The notes under the pieces were generated by a model. It was not told where the DNA came from. It made no database searches and saw only the letters and a program-made list of their open reading frames with translations. Shown piece after piece: positions 26,877-37,700 of a stretch of DNA of 64,000 nt. The DNA is from Octopus sinensis (taxonomy: Eukaryota). Within the stretch, counting starts at the first letter, position 1, and each line of letters begins with the position of its first letter. Made by a program: the position numbers and the translations under genes. The stretch spans positions 124,001-188,000 of the forward strand of contig NW_021833116.1 of NCBI RefSeq assembly GCF_006345805.1, in the 5' to 3' direction.

Positions 26877-27333
26877 GGATCACATAAAACAAACGCCTCC
26901 AGGGGCGTTTGTTTAATATGTGTTTATCTGTGAAGTAATTCTGCCAGGATCAATTATCCATAGTGATGAATGGATCAATTCCAATTTGAATGTTTTTGGG
27001 TATGACCACGCTACTGTAAACCACTCAATTAACTTTATTGAACCAACCACCGGTGTTCATACCCAACATGTGGAGTTCTATTGGAATAAAAACAAATTGC
27101 GTTGTAAGAAAATGAAAGGTGTCAAAAAAGAATTTTTACAAGACTACCTAAACGAATTTATGTGGCGTGACAACGTAATTGGTGATCCTTTTGAAAAGTT
27201 AATGGAGCTTTTGAAAAATTATTATGTTGTTCAATAAACTTTTTTAATGTTTTCGTCGAATGTTTGACATGTATAAATTTAGGGACGTTTGTTTAATATG
27301 TGTAAATTTGGGGGCGTTTGTTTAATGTGATCC
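26877..27333 (+). mobile_element. Merlin (IS1016/ISXO2-like) DNA transposon, deletion derivative
   Basis: TIRs GGATCACAT(A/T)AAACAAACGCC, perfect 8-bp TSD GAAAAATG; ORF with IHSDEW, TVNHS and TGVHTQHVE.YW. Confidence 0.9.
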
Positions 27334-27379
27334 GAAAAATGTTTTATTATTATCAGCACTGCCGAGAACACATATAAAA

Positions 27380-27500
27380 AACAAAAATCATTTAAGGTTC
27401 CCTCGTGCCGCACCGACTACACTTTCCACCAATCCTATCCATAGGTCTCTCCCTTTCGCAAGATCTCTTAGTTCATCTAGGTCACCCATTGTTTACAACT
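27380..27500 (-). mobile_element. 3' end of an RTE-like LINE
   Basis: LDELRDLAKGRDLWIGLV resembles the A.DR..W C-terminus of RTE reverse transcriptases. Confidence 0.45.
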
Positions 27501-27553
27501 GCCTGCTTATGGCTTATTATAAAAACATATATTTCAAATCAAAAGAGAAATAG

Positions 27554-29230
27554 TCATTGGCAGATAGCCAGAGTATTGCCTCTGACTATTGCTATAGATA
27601 TTCTTTCGATTAAATACCGGTGCTCACACGGGTCGCCGGTAACCCTTTCGATTAATGAGGCAATGCGCTGGAGTAGGGTCCGAGTAGAAGGACCCTGTAT
27701 TCCTGACGTCTCAACAGCCAGGGGGACAAACACTCTCCCATTCCCGATTCCAGCGTATTTCTCAGCTTTTCTCTTCTCTGCCCGTTCAGACGGGGCTCCA
27801 GGATTCTCGATGCATAATTTGATGTTCTGATTGGAAAAGGAGTTCACACACGTGACGTCCCAAACCAGACACTTTCCCCTCTGAAATGGAAATGTGGTCA
27901 TCCCATCGGGTCTTCTGCCGTCCTCTACGAAAATCCCTGCAGGTTCCAATTGTGTGTGGAATCCAGCAGTTCGAAGAGATCGACAGATGATCTGGTTCAG
28001 TTCGGAATGCCGTGAGGAACGTCCAATTCCGTTTCGACATGAAAGGGAGTGATATCCAAACTCGTCAGTCCACACGCCGCACCGGCATTGGTGTTTTTCA
28101 TAGACGCGTAGACCGAGGCGCAGACAAACTCCAATTCTTACGGCTTCATCATTAAGAAGGCAGCCAGTTGTATTACAAGGGTAACAGTTTAGCCACGCGC
28201 CGCTTAGGGGCTGGCTGCCCGCTTGTAAACAAGCCAACCTTCTCTGGTCCATGGTTTCCTTTAGGCATGAAAACGTATTGGCGTGGACTTTCGACGTCCA
28301 CTCCGATTGGCAGGTCACATCAGATGGCAATGGCAATCCCAGCTTTTCCCATACGGCGACGCAATCATCCACAGCAAATGATTTCCTCTGTTCGTTTATT
28401 TGAGAAAGAACAGTGTCGATCATATCTCTGGACGAGAGTACTGAGGAAAAATATGCGCCGTGCGCTGAATCTGCGGGGTGATCAAGCCGATCCCTCCCAG
28501 GGAAATTGGAAGAGTCGCCTGTCTCCACGACTGCGTATCGAAGCTAACGTTGAGGATGTCCTCAGTGCAAGCTCTCATATGCTCGGAATAGTCTTCGAGA
28601 AGATCTGTTTCCTGATAGCATTGGGCCGTCCTCAAAAGGTATGTTAACTTCGGAATAGATAGACAGTTCCTCATTAAAAAGAGCCCAATGTGGCTATCCA
28701 CACAACGTAATTTTTCAGAGAGAAGGAAAATTCCGAAATTTAGCCTTCATAACAGCTTTGATACCACTTCAAAAATAGGAGATCCAAGAAAAATCAAGTC
28801 CTCTTTGAGGGGGAAGGTGCATCCAGGTAGCAGTTTGTCGAATTCGGTCATCCACTTACGAAAGGAAAGTTCGTCCGTGTTGACATTCACAATTTCGCAT
28901 TTGCCGCAGTTGAATTCAAGCCCAAGCGCTCCAAAATTAAAAACAAGAGACTTCAGCGTTTCCAAGATGCCTTCGGGGGCTCCTCCAATTACTCCATCAT
29001 CCAAATACCACATGTTAAGATCATTTTTACACGATCTCGTTGTTTGGTGAATTGCGAGGGAGAATAAAAGAGGACCTAGAGGGTCACCTTGTTGAACTCC
29101 ATTGGCAGAATCAAGTATTGTTGTTCCGAATACAAGCGCGGAAGGCTTGGAGTATGCCAAATTTACAATCGGTAGGATGTGCGGAATTTCTTTGGCACTC
29201 TTTGAGCACTTATTTGAAAACGTTTTAACT
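27554..29230 (-). mobile_element. CRE-clade-like non-LTR retrotransposon (RT, zinc knuckle, REL endonuclease), 5'-truncated and frameshifted
   Basis: GVQQGDPLGPLLF, WYLDDG, IPKLTYLLRT, HQCRCG..H.LSC, RRPDG and LVWDVTC motifs. Confidence 0.88.
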
Positions 29231-29239
29231 TTGGACTTT

Positions 29240-29680
29240 TTTTTTGATATAAAAGAATGTTTATTTATTACAAAATGAAACAAATCAGATTAAAATTATA
29301 GATTTACTCAGGGGTTATAGCCCAGCCGAACGGATTGCTTGCGCGTTCCTGCGCACGATTGCGAGCGAGATCCTCTGCCTCAACCAAGAGGACTCGCGAG
29401 CATCCATCTTCTTCCGAGCAATGAGGATTCCGAGGTCTTTTAAGAAGCATGAGGTCAGCGGACTGGAAGCGCCTGATGTCTCAAAAGCCACAGGCACGAA
29501 GGAATGCCGAGTGGCAAGATTCTTGTACTTTTCTACTTTGCGGGCTTCCGCCAGGGCCGCGGCCGAGCCGGAAGAAGAAGCAGATGACATTAGAGCGGAT
29601 GGGGACCACGTGTCTGCGCACGTGGCGTCCCTAATCAGGCAATTGCCATTCCGGAATGGGAAGGTGGTCACTTGGGACTT
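29240..29680 (-). mobile_element. Second CRE-like element, 3' fragment with A-rich tail
   Basis: DATCADT, KVEKY, FVPVAFETSG and WLRQRISLAIVR. Confidence 0.85.
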
Positions 29681-29801
29681 ATTTTTATAATATATTTATA
29701 AAACAAAATTATTCATTTTTTAATGGAAAACCTTCAAATATTTAATTCGATTATATTGTTAGCATTCTCATTTCATTTCGGAATTAATCTTACTTGCATA
29801 A

Positions 29802-32800
29802 ATGAGGCCGTATGCAGCACAAATAATAGAAATCACTGACGACAACACATTCAAACTAAATGAACCTTTGCTACAAAAAATTCTCATGGCAAAAAATGTC
29901 ATTGACAAAAAAGTCATGGTTCTTTCAGTTGTCGGCGCTTACAGACAAGGAAAATCGTTTCTCCTTAATTTTTTCCTCAAATATCTCTCCGCAAAAGTAC
30001 TCTCAGCTTAAGATGAGACCATAGGACAAAAAAAATTGGTTAGACAACAAGCAGGCTTTTGGCGGTTTTAGTTGGAGTGGGGGATGCAAACGCAACACAA
30101 CTGGAATTTTAATTTGGAGCGAACCATTTTTATTGGTCAATTCTAATGGAGAAGATGTTAAATACATTTAAAATGATTTAAAACTACAGATTGCTGTTTT
30201 CTTAATGGACACCCAGGGAACTTTTGACAACAAATCCACCCTCAGCGATTGTTCGACTGTCTTTGCTCTTAGTGGATTGATAAGCTCAGTTATGGTTTGT
30301 GCTTTGACACTATTATTTGCACTGACATTGTGATTGGTGCATTGCGCTGATATCTGTTTATTTGTTAAAATCTAATAGATATACAATCTGTCCAAGAACC
30401 TTCAAGAAAATGATTTACAGAATTTGCGCATTTTTGTTGACTATGGGCGAATGGCTATTGAAAAAGACGATTCGAAGCCTTTTCAAGCACTGCTTTTTCT
30501 TGTAAGGGACTGGCAATATCTGGAAAGCGCAAATTACGGCTTTGAAGGAGGGCGTGTTCTACTTGAAGATTACCTGAAAGTGGCTATTTGTTAGTTATTG
30601 AGTCGAATAGACACCTGAAAAACAGTGCAGTGAATTAAATGATGTCAGGAAATTCATTCGTCGTAGTTTTGAAGACATTCAATGTTGTTTAATGCCTTAT
30701 CCAGGAATTTCGGTGGCTAACAATAAATTTAATGGAAATATCAAAGGTTCGAAATTTATAACTCATTGGGAAGATATTGAAACGGATTTTTTGGCTACTT
30801 TGTCAGAGCTGATTTCAAAGTTGTTTGATATGCGTAATATTGTAACCAAACATGTGAATGGCGCGCAAATCACATGTAAAGAACTCTTTGAGCACTTTAA
30901 GGTAATTTTTAAAATTAAAGTTGGTGTATTGAGAATGAATTTCAGCTTGTTAATGCCAAAATAACATTTTTAGATCTATTTTAAGACTATTAAAACAGAG
31001 AAGCTGACGACACATTATGAGGCGATTGCAAATGAGGAAAACCGGCTTGCGGTAGAAAATGCATTTAATATGTACAAACAGGCCATGAAAAAAGTTTGTA
31101 TCGTCTATCTAGTTGTAGTTTTTGGAATCAAATTTATTATATGCTGATAAAAACAATCTCAGTGTTGCACACCAGAACAACATGCACGATACTTTGATAA
31201 ATTCCAAATGTAGAAAAAGGGGCAGCGAAGAATTGATCAAGAATTTCGAATCTCAACTGAAATTAAAAATTTCGGAGTACAAGGAAGATTTAGATTATAA
31301 ACACTCTGCGATGGAAGATGCATTTAATACGTACAAACAGGCCATGGATAAAGTTTTTTGCCAGTTTATCTATAGATCATGGAATTTAGATCATTGAATC
31401 AGAGAAACCATATATCGATTTAAAAAAATTCCGGGTTGATCACGAGAACAAACAGTGCTATTCGTTAGCAGCTTTTTCAACTTCTCAAAAGATGGGGACT
31501 GAAGAATTGATTGAGATATTAATAACTATACTGAAATCGAAAATCGCGGAGCTGTATAAAAACTATTCCGAATTAAATCTGTCCAATTTCAAGAGTTGCA
31601 CGAGATCTCTAATTCGTGATATACAGTGGGCGCAAAAAAAATCCGGTTTTCTTATTTTTCGAATTTTTCAATATAAATTTATATTATTTTTTTTTAATTT
31701 AGTATCATTTTGAAATGTAAATCGAGTATGTTTTTAATTTTAAGTATTTTTTTATTTTTCATAGAGATATCTTGAATTTAATTTTAAAATGCGCAAAAAA
31801 ACTCGGTTTTTTTAATTATTGAGTCTTTTATCTCAAAAATTTGAAATTGTTGTCATTTTTGTTGTTGTTGGATGTCGTGTATTTCAGAAATTGTGAAAGG
31901 ACAAATTATTCAACTTTATTTCCTTAATTGGACATATAAACAAATTTCAGAAGAAGTAGAAATTCCCAGATCACAGTGGGAGATTACATACGTAAATACA
32001 AAAAATATGGAACAACACAGAGACTGTCCGGTTCTGGAAGACTAGGACATTAAATAATGATGATATAAATACTTTATTGACGCTTGTTTCTGACAATCCG
32101 AAAAAATCTTCCCGTTGCCTGTCAAAGGATCTTCATTCTTTGACAGGAAAAATCGTCTCAAAACGAACAATTGGGAATTATCTGAAACAAAAGGAAATAT
32201 ATTCACGTGTGTGTCAAAAAAAAACCGTATCTGTCTAAAATTAATATCGAAAAACGATATTCCTTGTCAAAAAAATTTATCGCACTGAATATGACGTCAT
32301 GGAAATCAACTATTTTTAGTGATGAATGCTGTTTCGAAATTTTTAATCACAAAAAAAGGAATTTTGTTATAGGAAAAACAACACACGTCTAGAAAAATCG
32401 CACTTATCTCCAACTGTTAAATTTGGAGGGGGAAAAATAATGGTGTGGGGATGTTTCGGGTATTATGGAGTAGGCAATCTAGTATTTATAAATGGAACTA
32501 TGAACTCAGCAACTTATGTGAACATATTATCAAATAATCTGTGGGAGTCCGCTGCGAAAATGTGCTTGAATGAATTCATATTCCAACAAGACATGGCTCC
32601 TCCACACACATCAAAGATCACGAAAGATTTCTTTGCCGAAAGAAGCGTCAAACTATTGGATTGGGCACCGCAATCGCCAGATTTAAATCCAATAGAACAT
32701 CTTTGGGCATATATTAAAAGTAAATTGTACGAAAATCCTCCAAAAAAATATGCATGAGCTGAAAGATAAAATTATCGAAATTTGGGAAAATATGCCGAAA

Positions 32801-33857
32801 GATCTAATACAGAAACTCATAAACAGCATGCCGAGAAGGGTGTACGATGTTTTTATGGCTAAAGGACGGCATATTAAATATTAATTTGACATTTTTTAAA
32901 AAACCGGGTTTTTTTGCGCATTGTAAATTTAAATTGGAAATATCTCTTGAAAAAAATAATGAAAATAATCAAAATAAAAAAATAAGAGTTACTTTTCACT
33001 AAAATTTAAGATTAAAAAAAAATATTATATCGCAAATATAAAAAAATAGAGAAATTAGAAAACCGGATTTTTTTGCGCCCACTGTAATATCAGATATTGA
33101 TCAATTGATTTCCTGCAGATATGACCAGATCAAAATCCTCAAAAAGTTCATCGAAAAAGTTGAAGAATTTGCTACTGATTCCTGCGCTGGACCAGCTACG
33201 ATAGCATCGACGGCCATGTTGTTATTTTCTCCGACAGCTATCATTGAAGCGACTGGGTTGGGTCTATCCGGCGTGGTTGTTGGAGGAGTGATCGGTATAA
33301 AAGGAATGATCAGTGACTTTTGCGATTCCAAAGATCTGAAGAAGATTATCGAACTTTCCTCGATAAAAGAAAAAAACCTAAGTAGAAGTTTACGAAAATT
33401 CGACGATTTTGTAAATGACTTGTCTGTCAATTTGAATATAACCCCCGATGATGCAATCGTGTTGATCACATCAGAAGGTATAGTGCGTACCTGCTATATT
33501 GCGAATAATATTATTAATACGGCTAAAATGGTTCCGAACCTGATAAATATGGGTAATGTGATGGTTTATTTCGGATTGGATGTAATGGAAGCTGGGCTTG
33601 TTGCTGGAAGCAAAGCAGTCAACTTGGTGTTTGAAGGAGGTGAGGCGGTTTATCAGGTCACCGGAAGTGTAATCTCTGCCACTTCCAAAATTCTCGGCGG
33701 AGTAGGAGTTATCATCAGTTTTGGCGAGCTTATTTACAGCTGGTCTAAGGACAATCCGAACGTTTCATCCGCTAAAAAATGTGTGGAGTCGTTGGAGGAC
33801 AATATTAAGTCTCTCAAGGAGAAAAAGTCTGGGTTTAAAAAAATTGATAGTTCCTAA
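29802..33857 (+). pseudogene. Atlastin-like GTPase + two helical bundles + ApoL-like domain; last exon interrupted by Tc1
   Basis: G1 GAYRQGKS, G2 NTTG, G3 DTQG and G4 VRDW are intact across 8 introns; two atlastin 3HB copies; removing the Tc1 plus one TA joins ...LIRDI to ISDIDQLISCRYDQIK... in frame through stop 33857. Confidence 0.8.
31624..33084 (+). mobile_element. Tc1-family (DD34E) transposon with IR/DR ends; transposase frameshifted
   Basis: CAGTGGGCGCAAAAAAA TIRs, TA duplication, inner direct repeats (~31786, ~32900), and IFSDE, MVWGCF, QQDMAPPH, SPDLNPIEHLW. Confidence 0.95.
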
Positions 33858-33954
33858 AACACTAACTAACTGAAAATACTAATAAGATGTTATGTTTGAT
33901 GTGAAACAAGCTAATTACTGTCAGCCAGTCACTTTGAAGCACTTTTTAGATCAG

Positions 33955-34050
33955 CATCAAAGTAGCTAGTATCAAAATAGCTAGTCGACAAAACAGCTAG
34001 TATCAAAATAGCTAGTCGACAAAAAAACTAGTGCATCAAAATAGCTAGTG
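33955..34050. repeat. Short tandem array of CAAAATAGCTAGT-like units (~6 copies), probably subterminal repeats of a non-autonomous DNA element
   Basis: Direct reading of the repeated 13-17 bp units. Confidence 0.65.
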
Positions 34051-34499
34051 AAGATTGGTTAGGTCAGTCCGCGACTTCCTTATAACAAAAATTGAAATTT
34101 TTTACTTCAATAATTCCATTGGCAAGCGGAGGCATGTACAAATATTCGGGAAGATTCACTGTCTTTACATTTTTTATTGGTTTTTTTACAACAAAAATTA
34201 TTATTTTTTATCTAATTTTTAAGATTAAAAATGACCATTTCCTTTTATGGTCGGTAATATAATATCTCCCACAATCCATTTTATGCTGTTACCTTATTTG
34301 CATACTTACTGCACGAAAGTCTGACCAACATAGCCATCAGCCATGCGGCCACATTCTATTCTTTTTAATGATTAAGAGCGTCTTTAATTAAAACAGTGGC
34401 TTTTGGGAGTTGGCGAAATATTCTTAGCCCACTAGTCCTCTTTTCCTTCGAAAACAAAAATTTTTATTTAATCACTAGTTTCAAAACTTATAATTTAGA

Positions 34500-34760
34500 C
34501 CAAAAAAATCAATTTCTATCTTCCAAATCCATGACCAAATGTCTCAACTTTGCTTCAATGATTAGTAGTGATGCGCGCAATCGATACTACAAGGACGTTT
34601 GCGGATTCTGTAGAACAAGTTGAATTAATTGCCGGCCACTTCAAGAAATTGTTTAAATAAGAAAACAACGGAATTGCAGCATTTACTGGCCATCCTAGGA
34701 AATTGGAGTTAGAAATGAATCTTGCAGAAGTGCAATTATTAATTAAAACGTTAAACAAAT
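34500..34760 (+). mobile_element. RTE-like LINE reverse-transcriptase N-terminal remnant
   Basis: HFKKLF...AFTGHPRKL....EVQLLIKTLN. Confidence 0.45.
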
Positions 34761-34793
34761 TAATAAAATTAAATAATAATAATTAAAACTACT

Positions 34794-37700
34794 ATGCAAC
34801 GTGCTACTATCTCGATGTGTGCTCTACCTGGACAACAAGAAACTAACAATATTATTAATAATAATATACCTAGAGCAGGATGGACAACCGCATCGGAGAG
34901 ACAGACGTCCGATGGCAAGAACATCGTCTTTGCCATTGCAGAAGGGATCGAGTGCACGACCCGGGAGGACTGGGTTAAATCCGCCCTTTCCCAAGTGTTG
35001 GGAAGAGCTTCCAGGATGCCCAGAAATGGGTGGCCTACCCTGCTTCAGTGTTTCAATCGACGCTTTAGCTCGAACCTATCGTTAGATGCACTGAAGAAGC
35101 TGGCCAAGACCCCTCCTCCTGGCTCGCGGGGAGGACTGCCGCTGCGGTTACGCCGTCAGGATGCCCCCCGTGTTCTGAACAACACGAGCACCAGAGTAGT
35201 GAGTTATCGCTACTCTTGCAGGTTAAGGAGATATTTAGTAGGCATATCTCTGCGAATCGTGTTGTCCCCCTTGCGGACCGCAGAGTGACCCGAAAGATAC
35301 CTCGGTGGCAACTCAGAAGTGACGTGATGGGTTGCATCAATCGTGCCATAGCTTACGCGATCGTGCGTGAGCCTCCGGAGACAATGGACGAGATTTCTCT
35401 CTATTTGTACTCGGCACAGACAACCTATGATGAAATCACTCAGAGGCCTGCCCCAAAGAGTAGATGGAGAGAAAACATTGCCGCAAAAGTAGCCGCAAGG
35501 AAAGCCGAGCTGGAAGCGCTGACTGGGCACATTTTGAATGTGAGCAATGGGGTCAAGGGCAAGACTCCCCCCTTGGTGCGTACTTTACTTCGTCGGGAAC
35601 GAGCTGCCAAATGGGACCTCAACGACTTGAGGCGTGTCCGGGCAGAGAGGGAGGAGCTGATTCTCGTTTATCAGAAGAAGCTCTCAACTCATGAGTCTCG
35701 GTGTCAGCGCAGGCGGGAGAACAACCTGTTTGAATTTAATCGCAGGTCGTTCTATCGTCGGTTGCACGGAGAGACGAAGGAGGGTACCCAGCAAAAGGCC
35801 GAAATGCTTGACACATGGGGGAGTATGTGGAAAGCACGTCCTCGCAAGGGTGTGTCGTTTCCGTTTTGTGGACCCGATGCTCCCTTGATGACCGAGTCTT
35901 GTGGTGTCTCTGACATCCGCAAGAAGTTCGATGAAGCAGTAACCCGTCTCTCTGACTGGAAGACACCTGGGGTCGATAAAGTGTATAATTTCTTTATTAA
36001 AAATTGCAAACCTATCCATGATTGCATGTGTCGAGCAATCGAACAGTTTACACTAGACCCTGGCTCGATTCCAGAGTGGTTATGTACTGGGGTCACTTAT
36101 TTGATCCCTAAAGTAGATAACCCTTCCGCTCCGACAGATTATCGTCCGATAACCTGTATGCCCAACCTGTACAAGTTGATGACTAAGGTGGTGGCTACTG
36201 AGGTCAGAAATTTCGTGGAGGTGAATGGGATTCTGTCCGAGAACCAGTTAGGTACTCGGCGGGATTGCCAGGGAGCTAAGGAGCAGGCACTGATCAACAA
36301 ATGCCTCGCGAGAGCCCACGGAAACTCACTAGTGTCAATGTGGGTGGATGTGAAGAAGGCATATTACTCGGTTGATCATGCCTACCTCGTTGAGTGTCTG
36401 CGAAGGCTTAAGTTGCCAATGTGGTTTATCAAATTTGTTGCAACTGTGATGGACAGGTGGAACGTGCATCTACATTACAACAAATGCGATATAGGCGAGG
36501 TGAAACTAGAGAAGGGCATATTATGTGACATGGGGAACGCGTTACGCATGGGCAACCGGTTACATTTTTTGACCTTGTAGATGTCAAAATTAAATCCTTT
36601 GATTATCACAAATAATATTTTTTATGGGCCAATTATAAAGTTTAACTATGCCTTGTATTGATTTAAATTAGTTTTTGTTCATGTACTTAAATAATTTAAA
36701 AAAGTTATTTTTTTTAATGTTGGTAAACCTAAACTTATTGGAAAATTTTTAGCGTGCTAGATTTGTTTCTTGTAATGGCTTCATATAGAGGTTATGTCAA
36801 AGATTCTTCAGAGTATCGAATTTTAAAAGATGCTTTGGAAAATAAATTCGCGGAAGATTCTTTTAGGCAAGCAAAATATAGACTTATAAAAAAGATCGAG
36901 AATTTTACAATAATCAATGAAAGGTACTCTATATTTACGATTAATGCGCAGATTGTATCTCAAATCTGACGATCCAAAGCTCGTCATTACTTTGGACAAT
37001 GAAACTGAAATGGAGCATGTAGCTAAATCTCTACACGAATATTCACACGGTTTCAGTCCTAAATAATAATTACAAATGGATTTTAGCAGTCATCGATGTT
37101 TATAGTAGGTTTGTAGTAGGTCTCTCAACAATTTATTCAGATTTGCATTTGTCAGACCACTTTTCCATAAATCTTCAAAAGAAGTATGCAGCGTTTTAAT
37201 CAAACCATCACCCGAAAACTCTCCAAAATGATAGATACGGATGAAAAAAAGTGGCTGGAAATTCTCGAAAAAGCAGTGTACTGTTATAAGAAGGCTGTAC
37301 ATTCATTTTCAAATCAGAATCCTTTTGAAAGACATCGAGGGATAAGCGGAATAAACACTAATGTTGCAGGTTATAATTATAAAATTATGTTTTAGAAAAT
37401 ATTAAAAATCAATTTGAAAATTCAGAGATTTGTTCAAATTTAGACTCAATTGAAAATTCAAGTATTTTAACTTTGAATTTATATTTAGGCGATTCTAATT
37501 GTCCAAGTCCAAAAAAATTCAAATTTAATTTAAATCCGATTGATGGAAACTCAGCCTACTATAAGGCAATGAATAGAAAAATGAATGTCCACAATAGTAA
37601 ATACGAATTTAGTGTCGGAGATAAAGTTTAGATAAATAATTATAGATAGGTTCGAGTTAAAAAAGATTATGGAACAAACCCTTCGTTGCGGTTGGATAAA

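Noticed and set aside
29228-29682. AAGTCC(C/A)AAGT at both ends of the second CRE fragment as a TSD implying insertion into the first
   Set aside because: 11 bp with a mismatch in AT-rich DNA, and the first element does not resume beyond it; insufficient evidence
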